63,210 nucleotides of DNA, filler included, from Octopus bimaculoides (GCF_001194135.2; 5 parts of 5 records of this genome joined end to end with filler, not necessarily neighbours in it), one strand, 5' to 3'; shown: positions 28,440-41,970, counted from the whole stretch's first letter. Notes: generated by a model from the sequence alone, not told the origin. Numbers and translations: made by a program.

Positions 28440-29720
28440 AAGTGTTAAACACGAACACGGAATAGGAGCCATATAATTCTGGCTGGAAAAATTCCCAAAT
28501 GACATTCCAGACCGAATCAGAACAGAATTCATCATTGAAAGACTAAAATTTATCCTTAAGAACAACTTTTTCGATTTCAACGAGAACACCTAGGGACAAA
28601 AACAGGCACTGCGATGGGAACGAGGGTAGCCCTTACTTTTGCTAATCTTGTCAAGGCATACTGGGAAGTACAAATATACGAACTCACAAAACTGATATTT
28701 CGAGACAATTTCAAGGAATACTTAATCGTCATCTGGAAACACTAACTGGATGATTGTTTCATTCTGTGGTCACATAAAGTTGAGTAACTCTTAGAATTTA
28801 AAAAAAATGATCAACAGCATTAACTACAATATCCAATTTACAATGGAATATAACCACAAACAGCTACCCTTCCTGGACTTTTTAATCTAAAAAGAAATAC
28901 TAAACTTAAAGCACACATCTATTTTAAGCCAACAAACTCGAAACAATATCTTCTATTCTCTTGCTGCCACCCAAGACATACTAAAATCAATATACTTTTC
29001 AACTTGTAAAGAAGAATTTGCACGATTGCATCAAATCCCGAAACCCGAGGTAAGCGACTCCAAGAACTTAAAAACACATTGCGAGAAAGAAAATACTCAG
29101 CTTGTTTAATCAAAAACGGAAAAGAACGGGCAAAAACGATTGACATTCAAGAGTTACGAGAAACCAGACAACCGCATGACACTCTTAAAATTTGTGTTAT
29201 GTATCAACAAACAATCTAAGGAACATAGAGGTATACAACATTATCCATCAAAGCACATCACTTCGAGAAAAAACAGCACTGGAAATACATAGAACTACAA
29301 TTCCTAAAAATATTACTTACCATCACCAAATTACCCACCAAAAATGCAACCGCCCTAACTGCGGGACTTGCACCTACTTCTTAGAGAGTTCTACATATAA
29401 ATTTAAGTCAGGTCAAATTTCAGCATAAAAAATCTCTTCACCTACGTATTGAAGAGCGTAATCTATGTCCTCAAATATGGTGGATGTGATGGAGACTACA
29501 TAGGTCAGACTAGTTTGACCTTGAGTGACAGACTGACGATACACAGGCAACAAATCCAGGACCCCACGACAAGAAAAATTCCTGTAAGCAAACACCTAGA
29601 TCAATTCCCCGCAGACATAAACCCGAAATACCAAATCTTCCATCTCTCTCAATGCACCGGAAGCACTTCAACCAAATTCCAATCGAATAAGGAAAGAATG
29701 TTCATTAAAAACATATAAAC
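28440..29720 (+). mobile_element. Penelope-like retroelement remnant (RT plus GIY-YIG endonuclease)
   Basis: FILKNNFFDFN, GTAMGT, LDDCFILW and QFTMEYNHKQLPFLD RT motifs. ORF 29449..29718 KSVIYVLKYGGCDGDYIGQTSLTLSDRLTIHRQQI is GIY-YIG-like. Many stops and frameshifts. Confidence 0.88.
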
Positions 29721-30303
29721 CACAACGCAATATCCTTTTATAACACACTAGAAAGAAGAAAAAAACCCATTTTTCCACAAAAATAGGTACAACAGACATA
29801 ATTCGAAAGCTTTAGTAACAGGCTCCCCGCTGGGTTTCGAAACCTCACTTCAAATCACTATACTATAACACCATACACACTCTATGACACCAGATCCTGA
29901 CGTCACTTCTCACTAGACCAATGAAATTTTACCTCCGATCGGAATCGGACCCTCAGAAAAAGCAAAATGATTTATAGAAAGAATCAATCAACCATTAGGC
30001 AAAAATTAATGACCGAGTTTCTACAGGTAAGTCAACCAAGCAGAACGCCAAACTTAACCAAAGCAAAAACAGGTTCTTTATCAAAATAAAGTGACGTCAC
30101 GAAACCTATTACTAATCAAAACTTGTTCCTATGTACAAGGTACCAACCGACCAACCACCCAACCAACCAATCAATCTACTAAAACACTAATGCCAAAACA
30201 AAATCTAGTTTTTCACCAAAAACATCCACAGGAACGCATAAGAGTCATTAAAGTTATAATGAATCAAAAATTAGATCCCTTCGCGTACAAACACACACAC
30301 ACA

Positions 30304-30337
<34 letters not shown>

Positions 30338-31430
30338 NNNNNNNNNNNNNNNNNNNNNNNNNNNNNNNNNNNNNNNNNNNNTTAATTAATTAANNNNNNN
30401 NNNNNNNNNNNNNNNNNNNNNNNNNNNNNNNNNNNNNTAGGAGTTGTGATGTTCATGCGCTTCCAGAGTGTATTAACAGAATAAACATAATAGCTGTCAT
30501 TGGGTAACTGAGCCTGGGTTTAAAACTCAGTTCATGGAGAGTTCAAGGATATTCTTTTATTCTTTTACTGGTTTCAGATATTTGACTGCGGCCATGCTGG
30601 AGCATATTGACCCCAGGACTTACTCTTTGTAAGCCTAGTACATATTCTATCGGCCTCTTTTGCCGAACTGCTAAGTTACGGGAATGTAAACACACCAGCA
30701 CCAGTTGTCAAGCGATGGTGGGGGCACAAACATACATGTATATATATACTACGGGATTCTTTTCAGTTTCCGTCTACCAAATCCACTCACAAGGTTTTGG
30801 TTGCCCCAAGGCTCTAGTAGAAGACACTTGCCCAAGGTGCTATGCAGTGGGACTGAACTCAGAACCATGTGGTTGGTAAGCCAGCTCCTTACCACACAGC
30901 CACTCCTGTCCCCTTTTTAGCTATAACCTGACCACCAGAAAGAATTATCAATTTATGGCCACTTTCCATGCCTCGATGAGTTGAACAGGTCATCATGGTC
31001 AGTCATTTTCTGTTGGGAGCAGCAAGTGACATGGCTCTCATACTTGTCACTTGAATTGGTTTTAATGACTGGATGCTCTACCTATCGTCAGTCAATTTAA
31101 AGTGTATACTAACTGCATTTTCTCATGGTACCAACACTTGAGAGGTTGAATAAAGGGACCCTTGATTCCTACTCATTCTTTGCTCATTTGTCAACCACTT
31201 TAGATTGTTGTATTTCTGTTGTGGTACCATAAAAGGAGTGGTGGTGCCTTGTACTCAGGACAATGTAAAGAGAAACCAAAATATTTGATAAAAGTTGAAT
31301 TATACTCAGCTACGATATATAGATCTAAGAAGAGAAGAGAAGAGTTGGGTGGAGGAGACTGATGCTAGCAGTGAGACTAGAAATTGATGTAAATACTGAG
31401 ATTAATCAATACCCTGGAATGTGAACAGAA

Positions 31431-31826
31431 GCGCAGGAGTGGCTGTGTGGTAAGTAGCTTGCTTACCAACCACATGGTTCTGGGTTCAGTCCCACTGTGT
31501 GGCACCTTGGGTAAGTGTCTTCTACTATAGCCTCGGGCTGACCAAAGCCTTGTGAGTGGATTTGGTAGACGGAAACTGTAAGAAGCCTATCATATATATA
31601 TATATATGTGTGTGTGTTTATGTGTCTGTGTTTGTCCCTCCAACATCGCTTGACAACCGATGCTGGTATGTTTACATCCCCCCCGTAACTTAGCGGTTCG
31701 GCAAAAGAGACCGATAGAATAAGTACTAGGCTTACAAAGAATAAGTCCTGGGGTCAATTTGCTCGACTAAAGGCGGTGCCCCAGCAAGGCCGCAGTCAAA
31801 TGACTGAAACAAGTAAAAGAGAGAGT
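31431..31826 (+). mobile_element. tRNA-derived SINE family A, full-length copy (about 400 bp, internal microsatellite)
   Basis: A-box-like TGGCTGTGTGG, B-box-like GGTTCAGTCCC, internal (TA)n(TG)n, tail GAAACAAGTAAAAGAG. Homologous copies at about 5891-6256(+), 7146-7579(+), 9462-9597(-), 11130-11500(-), 13585-13735(+), 13990-14200(-), 23500-23650(+), 26905-27090(-), 27823-28300(+), 30562-30905(-), 43425-43560(+), 44425-44570(-). Confidence 0.85.
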
Positions 31827-34800
31827 ATTTGTTCAGATGACAAGAAGAGACTGGAGAGAGAGAGAAAGATGACATCAGAAGGACTAGTACTAAAACAAAA
31901 CAAATAAAAAAAACAATGCCAACACACAGCTTCCACGAGATGTAAACATTTAATTTTCATGCATTTCCTCAATAGATGGGGGTGTTTTCATAATACTTCT
32001 TCAACATATAATTATATCTATAAGCATTTTTTATTAACGTTTAATACACTTTGAATTAATGTTTTACAAAGAATTTGTATATATATTATATAAAAATGGA
32101 ACCCTAGGTGTGACATAAGAAAAAATAATAATTAAGACGGAATTTCTCCACAATCACAGATGGCTTAAATTGAAAATAAATGGAAGGATTAATACAGTTA
32201 ACAACAATAATAATAATAAAGAAATGATATGTATATATGTAATATGTCTTTGGTAAAGGTTGTAAGATTTAACAGAATGGCTGGACTTAGTGTTGAATTA
32301 CTGATATCATTGTCATTTGCAATGGCTATTCTGTGTACCAAGATATATAACATTAGATGCTGCACTATGATTGACTGATAAAAATACATATTCCACCCCA
32401 ATTACATTGATGGGTGGATAACAATGAAAAAAAGGTGTGTCCAACTGTAAATATGTTTGTGAAAAACAAAGACCATGTCATTCTTGCCAATAGAGGAAGA
32501 GGGGAAATAAAATAACAAATATGAAATATAAATTCTGAACTTTTGCTAAGTTACTTTATAATATTAAATATATCTATTGAGCTACTTACAGAAATGATAA
32601 ATTACATATATTTATAGATATATACATATATAAATCCAGTTATATATAATTGAATTATTACTTTCTACAAATGTTTCAAAATAATTCATCAATAAACATA
32701 CACACATGAAATTAATTAATCACATAATTATTTATAATTGATTTCTTTTAACAAAGGATAAAAATGGAAGGAGAGTAAATAACTAATCATATGAATTGCA
32801 TTGTATTCTGGCACTGGGAAAACAAATGGCAATGCTGGTCCTTGTGAAATTTGAACTCAGAATGCTGAGAGACAATACAATAACAATATTCATAGTCTGA
32901 TATACTTCATAACTACTTTTTAGCTTATTCATTTGCAACTTCTACTGATTCAGTGTTACAGACGCCTGACCTAACTACAATATACAATGCTATTTTTCAA
33001 ACTAGCTTTCCTTGATAACACACAACACAGCCTTTATTTCAATTTTTATAACAATGAAGAATTAACTAATGGAACTTTTGTTATTAAGATAGTGTTTGGA
33101 AGATAAATCAACAGGGAATTTGATGGAAAGGTTTAATTTGGATGACTGCACTGAATTCAAATCCATTCAGAGCTAAAATGGGCCAAAAAACCCAATTCCA
33201 ACATGAAAATGTTGGAATCCATGATGTCACAAAAAATAATAATTTCTTAAAATACTAGCTGACCCCAAAAGTGATGTCTACTTGTGCCCCTTGCTGTCAA
33301 AAGTGATGGCTACTTCAAGTATTTTATATATAAATATGGATGGTAAATCAAATTAATACACTAGTCAATGTTCACATACATTCACATACTTCCATTGTAC
33401 ACACGCACATACATATACTCACACAGAGTTGAAATGCTATTTGATTTTTCTTTTCAGCGTTGATTGTTCACCACCCCACCAGTTTGCCATCACTCCTTCC
33501 TTATTCATCTATCACCCCTTCCTTTCTCATTCATATGTTGTAACGGAGAAAAACAAAACACAAGAGTATTATTATAGTAGATATTAAGTCCATCTAGAAA
33601 ATCAAAACTACCAGGTTTTCTTAATCATAAAGTATATTTCACTATAAATTCCTTTTCTTAAAAATTAAAAATTTTCAGAATGTATAGAATTAAACAATTT
33701 TTTCTCTATTCTGTATATACACACACATAGCTGTGTGTTTGAGAGAGACAGAAAGAGAAACAAATAATCAAGATAATACAAAATAAAGTTTTATATTTGT
33801 GCATGGGTGTATGTAGTATGTCATGTTAGTGATGACAAACACAAAAAAAGGGTACTCAATAGAAAAGGCAGAGTGTATATAATTATTATTATTTAGATTA
33901 AAGTAAGCAATCAGTCCAGAACCTTCAATTTCTTCCTAGTAAACCAAGTTTACTACATTCTTCTGTTTTATAGGAGACTGGAAGTTAGCCAGAATACAAT
34001 GCGGTTGTCATATTGTATTCTGGCCAACAGACCTCCAACTCAAGAATGTGACAGACTTGCTCATATATATATATATATATATGAAATAGATAGCAGAATG
34101 ATTTGAGTGCTGGACAAAATATCTTATGCCACTGAAATATGCCTATTTACTTTCTGAGTTCAAATCCCACCAGAATTAGCAAAAAGAAAATACCAGTGAT
34201 ACAACTGACTATACTCTCCTTCTTTATACAAATCAGCATTTATATACAATAGAACAAAAATAACTCTGAGTGGCCATAGAATCATGGAGCTATATTCTAT
34301 TTCAACAGATATATTGGTCACAGAAGGCTTCGTTTTTTAGGTTCAAAAGAGGAGCCAATAGTATATCTTTCTCAAAGCATTTCTAATCAAAATTAATCTC
34401 TCAGAATATAAAATACTAAAAAAATCCCATGTCCTTTGCAATTAGCCATTCATTATAAATTCTTTGTGGTAGATTGTGAAGAGAGAGAGAGTGGCTTTAT
34501 CTCTTCTGTCACTGTTGTCCATGATTCACTTCTAATGAAAAGAACTGTTTCAATGCAAGCTTTCTCCATGCATGCACATACATTTCCATTTCAGACTATA
34601 TCTAAATAAAAGACTTATGAGGCAAGATGTCACTCACCAACTTACTATTGAACTGCATCCTCTCTCTGTCTATTCTACAACAGCTTTTCATTCCTTTAAA
34701 ATCATTTCAATGTATTTCCCTCTCCTACTTTTTAGAATATCACCAAATCTTGTTTCCATGGCCCCTTACTAAACAACATGCCAAATTCTCCTCCACCTAC

Positions 34801-35991
34801 TGAACTGCTTCTTTAAACTTCTTTCCTGCCGATAGCTTCCTTCCAATGAATGACAAACAAACCTGTAAGAAAACAACTCACCTGGTTATCCACATTTTTC
34901 TAGTCTTCAGTTAGTTTTGATGTATGTCCTTCACAAATCTCCCCTGACACAATATGGCTCTGCAGCATAACTCTTGTGGTTCAAAGACTGGTTAAGCATA
35001 TATTTGGTCTTCTCAAAGCATTTTCAATCAAAATAAATCTTTCTAAATGTAAAATAATGACAATAATAGTAAAGGCTACGAGAACTACCCATTCCTTTTT
35101 CTCAGATTAATGAGTGAACAAATCTTTTTTACAACAAATAATAAAATTGAACTCTTTACACAAATACAAAGTCAATTATTGAACACTAGAGTACTTATAT
35201 GAACTAACCCTGTATATTACTTGTACATATTTTATTAATGGAAAGCAAAGACAAACTATTAGATTTAAAGTCAGGGCTAAGAAAAGCATTCATTCTCATG
35301 CTCTATTATCTCTGCTCTTTATTCTAATCTAAATACCAGCAACAAAAGCTATTCTATCATAATGCCATCCCATGCTAGAATATCTCCTACATCCAGTTAC
35401 CTCCCACTAATGTTGAAATGGAACTGATCAGGCAATAATACAAATCTGAGCAATTAATAGAATATCAATGTAATGTCAGTAATTATACCAGAAAACCAAG
35501 AGAATCCAGAGAGTGAAAGTTCATATTGATTCTTGAGTAATTTTCAAATTCTCTATTTCATCGACAACATTATTCTAATGAGCTTCCTGGTATTGTGTCT
35601 GTCTATAAAGAACCATTATGAACTTTCTTTCTCTGGATGTTGATAATAATACAGTTTTAGGTATTTGATCTAAGTATGAAAGAGAATAAAAGGTATTTTT
35701 AGAACCTAGAGAAAAATCAACGATGGACATATAATCAGATGACAGGAAATATGTTGTCAAGCAAAGAAGCCATTTTAGATGTTAATTATAAGAAATCGTC
35801 AAAAGGAGATTATCATGCTATGAACAGACAGCAAGTATTTTGTGGATAGAGATGAAGATTATTTCGGTTTAACAGTGAGATAACAAGAATTTAGTGTTGA
35901 ATTTGTTCACATGAATGGTTTTTTTATTATTATTATTTTTTTTTTTCTTCAGTATCATCATGATTAAATATGAAAGTTAATGTAAGTGGAT

Positions 35992-36218
35992 CTATGATCT
36001 AGTGCTTTTAATAGAACTGGGAAAGTGATCCTTTGTTACTTCAAGAGGTTCTAAGACAGATTGGTGGTATTTAAGTCTCTGCAATAAAGTTTCAGCAACT
36101 GGACAAAATTCGTTTTCCCATTTTTCCATAATAAGACTCTGAACTTCATATGTTGTCTCTGAGCTTTGTTCCGTGTGTTCAGGTTTGGCTGTAATGTAGC
36201 CGTGAACGTTAGCTTCAT
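35992..36218 (-). CDS. ARMC2: ARMC2 terminal coding exon, (D)EANVHGY...EKWENEFCPVAETLLQRLKYHQSVLEPLEV...STRS*
   Basis: Acceptor aattttccAG at 36219-36220, stop at 35992-35994; 227 nt, inside ORF 35992..36231. Matches recalled C-terminus HWETEFKPVAQQLLNRIQRHHTFLEPL. All seven exons sum to 1071 nt with consistent phases. Confidence 0.92.
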
Positions 36219-38007
36219 CTGGAAAATTCAAACATCAAAAGTTTCACTTACAAGATGGGTAAAAAGGTTAACCTGGAAGGAAATAGACAATAAAACAATA
36301 TTTCTTTCAGCTAAAGTAATAAGATCAACTCTTTGCAGTTGAGGAGGAACATCATCATCATCGTCATCATTTAACATCCACTTTTTTTGTTCATGTTGGT
36401 ATGATTGGATAGTTTAACAAGATCTGGTGAGCCACAAGGCTGCATTGAGCTCCAGTGTCAGCCCTAGCATGGTCTCTAAGGCTGGCTGCCCTTCCTAATG
36501 CCATGCAGTCTGTACTGAATACTTGTTCTGTGCTACCAACACTGGTGAGACTGTTAAGTAGGCACTAGTGAATATTACTGATTGTTATTTTGTTGATTCT
36601 AAGGGTATGCTAAACAAAAATTATCCTGGTGGGTGGGATTAGAACCCAGAACAAAAGAACACAAATACTGTCAGACTTTTTTGTTCCATTATTTCTGCCA
36701 ACTCACAAACAATCAATGCAATATTGATTTCTGACATTAACACAAAGTTACACATTTGTAAGGGAGAAGATTTTAGTCAATGAATTAATCCCAGTTTATT
36801 CTTCCTTCTTTCTATGAAAACCTGGATACTCCTAACGAATATAGCAGCAAACACATTTTCCAATTTTTTTCCCCAGTATCTTGTACCAATCATCATCATC
36901 ATCATTTAACATCCGTTTTCTATGCTGGTATGGGTTGGACGGTTCAACTGGGGTCTGGGAAGCCAAGAGGCTGCACCAGGCTCCAGTCTGATTTGGCAGT
37001 GTTTCTACAGATGAATGCCCTTCCTAAAGCCAACCACTCTGAGTGTGTAGAGGTTGATATAAATAAAGAGAAGTCTTCTCTCAATCTTTTGCTTTGAGAA
37101 GGTTTCCATAGCAACAACTGATGCGCTACCTCATCTTTACTTCTCTGATTATTTCAAATAAACCAACATCTTTGTTTGCACAATGTTATTGTTATAAAAG
37201 ACAGATTACCATAAAGTTTGGCATTAATTTTATATTTCTTCCAAGACATTTTCAATGTTGCTCATTGCAATCTTATGTCAGTGCTATTGAACCAATTTTT
37301 TTAGAGCTTTTGTTAGTGTCCTTGTTTCGGGACCATACCTCAGTATAGTCGCCATCATTGCTTCGAAGAATGAATAAGAATCCTAGAATGGGGAAACAGA
37401 GTTCCAGTACAGATGAAGATGAACACTGATGAACTGGTATAACAGCTGTAGCTGTACTGACTAGTGGCAAAGTATATGATCTGCTGGACTATCTGTTAAC
37501 AGACCATTGTTTCAAATTCATTCCTGGTGTTTCTTGAGGTTACTGGGAAGAATACTTTCCACCACATCACCTAAGCTGATGGGAATGGATACTAAAACAT
37601 CTGGGAACATGACATGTTGGCATCTGGAAAATGCATCTTTCATATATACAAAGTCATGGATGTGAAACTCAACAACAATCCATAATTCCATTCAGAGATT
37701 GTTTACTCTTAGTATTAAAGAATTAAAAACTCAAATGAAGACAATGATGTTGCTAGGATGATAATGATGATGATGGTGGTGGTTATTGAAGAAATGGTAA
37801 TGATAGTAATGATGGTGGAAGTAATAGTAGATTGTGACAGTGGTGGTGGTGGTGGTAATGATGATGATAATGATATAGATAGTGATATTGATGATGATAG
37901 CAGTGATTATGATGGTAGTAATGACAATAGTAGTGATGACGATGATGTCAACAGCTGAATGACTAAGTTACAGGACAAAATACAGAAAGTCAAATGTTAT
38001 TTCTTAC

Positions 38008-38168
38008 CTAAAAATTCCGTGAGAAGCTCAACAAGTTGCTCTGTTGTTTGGTAACCAAAATAGAGGTGTTCTGGGCCAATATTGTGGCTGTAGTTCAGTA
38101 AAACTTGGCACACAATTCCAGCCAGCTGCCAGTCGTTAGGACCAAAATCTCTCAGAACTTCTATTAAC
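38008..38168 (-). CDS. ARMC2: ARMC2 coding exon (phase 2-1), LIEVLRDFGPNDWQLAGIVCQVLLNYSHNIGPEHLYFGYQTTEQLVELLTEFL
   Basis: Acceptor cctcttcttcttTAG, donor GTAAGA; 161 nt. Matches recalled LVDCLRDLGPTDWQLACLVCKTLWNFS. Confidence 0.93.
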
Positions 38169-38754
38169 CTAAAGAAGAAGAGGAAACATTATAGAAGGTT
38201 CATTTAGCTTCTCTGTACCATTGATGAGATAGTGTTTGTCTCAGATGTGAGAGCAATGTTCTAATGTGGCCCTCACCTGAACTTTGTACAATATCAAGGA
38301 TTGCCATCTTAACATGATTGCTATGGAAAATATTAGCACAGTGCTGCTATTGCACACATGGATCTCTTGGATCACACTCAGAAATGAAGCCCCAACTGCT
38401 CCAGCTCCTAGAACACAGGCGTCTTGTCTCTGCTTTCTGCCTCTTGCATTACTACTATAATGCCTTTTGCTATTTGGGGCTGGTTGTAGTCATGCTAACT
38501 CCAATTGGAGTATTCTCTTTCCACTTGCCCCTCCTCTTCCCATCGCCCTTGTTATGTCCAATTCCCACCAGGCCCTGCACTAATTCCGAAGCCCAGCCCT
38601 TTTTTTCTTCTCAAAATGTCATCACCCTGGAATTCCCTCCTTGCTCACAGGTTGACTTACAAAGGTTTACAAGGAATACTAATGGCACCCATCTCTCTGA
38701 TTTGAGAGAATTGGCAAAGACCATGGGCACTGCCCCTTAAAAACATAACTATTC

Positions 38755-39120
38755 ATCATCATCATCATCATCGTCTAACGTCCGCTTTCCATGCTAGCAT
38801 GGGTTGGACGATTTGACTGAGGACTGGTGAAACCGGATGGCAACACCAGGCTCCAATCTGATTTGGCAGAGTTTCTACAGCTGGATGCCCTTCCTAACGC
38901 CAACCACTGCGAGAGTGTAGTGGGTGCTTTTACGTGTCACCCGCACAAAGGCCAGTCGGGCGGTACTGGCAACGGCCACGCTCAAAATGGTATATTTTAT
39001 GTGCCACCTGCACAAGAGCCAGTCCAGGGGCACTGGCAACGATCTCGCTCGAAAGTCCTTACACATGCCGTCGGCACAAGTGCCAGAAAGGCGACGCTGG
39101 GCACAGGTGCCAGTTATTAT
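38755..39120 (-). mobile_element. SINE family C with (GAT)n tail
   Basis: Plus-strand text (CAT)n TTTAACGTCCGCTTTCCATGCTAGCATGGGTTGGACG...CTACAGCTGGATGCCCTTCCTAACGCCAACC recurs at about 36350-36545, 36890-37050, 39660-40017, 41177-41555 and 53500-53530. An opposite-orientation copy lies at 39170-39349. Confidence 0.8.
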
Positions 39121-40138
39121 TAGCACCTGTGTTGGTGCTATGTAAAAAGCATCCATGCTGGCACTATGCGCAAAGCACCCAGTACACTCTCTAAAGTAGT
39201 TGGCATTAGAAAGGGCATGCAGCCATAGAAAACATGCCAAAATAGGTGACTGGAGCCTGGTGCAGCCCTCCAGCTTGTCAGCTCCTGTCAAACTGTCCAA
39301 CCCATGCCAGCATGGAAAACAGACATTAAAAGATGATGATGATGATGATTGTTATTATAACTGTATGAACCCTCTAATTGAGTATTTCATATGTTCATTC
39401 ATCACTCATTAAATGACAGTGTAAGTGGCTGAGTATTCCAGAGACACCTGTACTCTTAACATAATTTTCAGGCAGATTCCACTCGACAAGGCTGGATCAT
39501 TAAATTACAGCTACAGTCCATTCAATAGGCTTCCATACAGTTTCCATCTATGCAGTTTCATCCACAAGGCTTAGACTGAACTTACAATGCCATGGTTACA
39601 AAGCAAACTTCTTAACTACAAGGCCATACATACAACCATTCTTGTATTTATTAATGTATTCATCATCATCATCATCGTTTAACGTCCGCTTTCCATGCTA
39701 GCATGGGTTGGACGATTTGACTGAGGACTGGTGAACCAGATGGCTGCACCAGGCTCCAATCTGATCTGGCAGAGTTTCTACAGCTGGGATGCCCTTCCTA
39801 ACGCCAACCACTCTGAGGGTGTAGTGGTTGCTTTTACGTGCCACCGGCATGAGGGCCAGTCTGGCAGTACTGGCAACAACCTTGCTCGAATGTTTTGTTC
39901 ACATGCCACTGGCACAAGTGTCAGTAAGGCGACGCTGGTAACAATCACGCTCAAACGGTGCTATTTACGTGCCACCGGCACAGAAGCCAGCCCACTGCTC
40001 TGGCAGTGATCCCACTCGGAATAATCATTTTATTATAGTATTGCCATGTTATTTCATCTGCTGGTTTTGCAAGAAGGAATAGTACTTATGGTCTTTGCAG
40101 AATCTCTTAGGCTGGTGACAAAACTACAAAGGCTTTAA

Positions 40139-40357
40139 CCTTTTAGCATTTAAACTGGCCATATGTGGCCCAAATATTCCTGTTTTATGTTGAAACTAGA
40201 CAGGTCTAGCCTATCAAACCAACCCTACAATGTCATTCTAAAAATATACCATCACATCGTCAAAATCTCAAAGCAACAAGATAATGCATGATTAATTAAA
40301 AACAGTGTGAATAAGAAAAAGCATTACATTTGATAAATGAATCTGAATGGTAAAGGG
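40139..40357. mobile_element. piggyBac-type MITE in an ARMC2 intron
   Basis: TTAA|CCTTTTAGCATT ... AATGGTAAAGGG|TTAA, i.e. TTAA target duplication and CC(C)-starting TIRs. Confidence 0.7.
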
Positions 40358-40409
40358 TTAAAGAACAGCTCTTTTGGCATTAAACAAAAATTGGAATGAA
40401 GCCACTTAC

Positions 40410-40542
40410 TTTTCAATGCCTCCTCCTTGCATCAGTACAGGTCGCTTTTCTTTATCAGCCATGAAATTCACGAGGACTCCACAAGAAATATAAACAACTT
40501 CTCGATTGTCAGAATCTAATAATTCTATGAAGGTCTCTTGCA
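40410..40542 (-). CDS. ARMC2: ARMC2 coding exon (phase 1-2), (V)QETFIELLDSDNREVVYISCGVLVNFMADKEKRPVLMQGGGIE(K)
   Basis: Acceptor tattgtAG, donor GTAAGT; 133 nt. Matches recalled CGVLLNLTVDKDKRVILKEGGGIKK. Confidence 0.93.
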
Positions 40543-41684
40543 CTACAATATGCAAATATATTCTTTCATTTACATACATACATGTGTGTGTGAGAGAGAT
40601 AGAGATTTAGTATTGTTAACCAAATTATGGAAAGCAACAAGACATATTTACTGAAAGGGAATGGGGTGACGATGGAGTAAAATTTATTGCAAATTTTGAG
40701 TTGTTCTGTACTGTAAGTTTTGCCTTTAAGGATTATTCAATGAATTGACTGGTTAAATAAACCTTTAAATGTGAAACTTGAAGTTTCTGTCAATTCATTA
40801 TTATCAAGACAGACAGACAAGCAAACAGACAGATGAACTCCTGAAGCTTGAAGCTGGAGCCTTACCACTGATGCAGTTTAATGTCTTGCCCAGGCTGTTG
40901 ATGGCACATCAATTAAAAATAAGAACATTCATTAATGTTAATAGACTAGGGATTATCTGCAATGGTAAAAATCACTTCAGAAATTAAATTTGAGTGGTGC
41001 ATGTTGCTGCACTGACAGATAAGGTGGAGAAACTAATATTTTGGACAGTGTCTTCTGTTAAAAGAGTCTTACACAAGAAAGAAATGATGATGTAATCCAG
41101 TTTATAACAGTGACTTGTTAAATACTGAGTCTGATTCAAAAGCTCAGCTGTATATAAATAAAAAACAAATGGAAACCATCATCATCATCATCATTTAACG
41201 TCTGTTGTCTATGCTGGCATGGGTTGGACGGTTTGACTGGGCTGGCATGCTGGGAGGCTGCACCAGACTCCAGTCTGTTTGGCAGTTTTCTACAGCTGGA
41301 TGCCCTTCCTAACGTCAACCACACTGAGAGAGTAATGGGTGCTTTTATGTGCCACTGATACAGGTGCCATTTGTGTGACACCAGAGTGTGTTTACGTGCT
41401 ACCGGCATGGGTGCCAATTTGCATGACACTGGTATCTGCCATGACTGCGATTTTGCTTGGCTTGATGGGTCTTCTCCAGCACTACATAACACCAAAGGTC
41501 TTGGTCATTGCCTCCATGAGGCCCAACACTCGAAAGGAACTCAGCCACTTTGCCTCCCAAGGATGAAAATAGATTTGGACATCATATGGATTTATAGTTT
41601 TATATTTGAGATGAAATAAAGAAGACTGATGCTCATAGTATAATATGCTAATACAAAAAGGTACTAAAAACGTGCTGGTGAAGA

Positions 41685-41970
41685 TACATGGCTTAGTGGT
41701 TAGGCTATTTGGCTCATAGTCGTAAGGTCAGGAATTCAATTCCTGGTGTCCTCAAGCAAGATTCTCCAATCCACTCAGCCAGCAGACATTAAGTTGTACC
41801 TGTATTTCAAAGAGTAAGCCTTGTCCCGTTGTGCCATGCTGAATCTCCCTGAGAACTATGTTAATGGTACACATATCTGTGGAGTGCTCAGCCACTTGCA
41901 TGTTATTTTCATGAGCAAGCTGTTCCACTGATTGGATCAACTGAGACTTTTGCTGTCATAACTGACAAAG
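41685..41970 (+). mobile_element. tRNA-derived SINE (another family) in an ARMC2 intron
   Basis: Head TACATGGCTTAGTGGTTAGG...GAATTCAATTCC. The body segment GGAGTGCTCAGCCACTTG also occurs inverted at about 39415-39480. Confidence 0.55.

Noticed and set aside
34800-34862. Small minus-strand exon-like segment (AG...GTAGGT)
   Set aside because: It lies downstream of the ARMC2 stop, gives no recognisable peptide and has no partner exon.
35923-35928. AATAAA (minus strand) as the ARMC2 poly(A) signal
   Set aside because: It is plausibly placed 64 nt after the stop, but it is part of a TAA microsatellite edge and cannot be supported without 3'-end data.
37426-37450. CTGATGA...AACAGCTGTA as a second hammerhead
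   Set aside because: It lacks the GAAA box and a pairing stem I and stem II.
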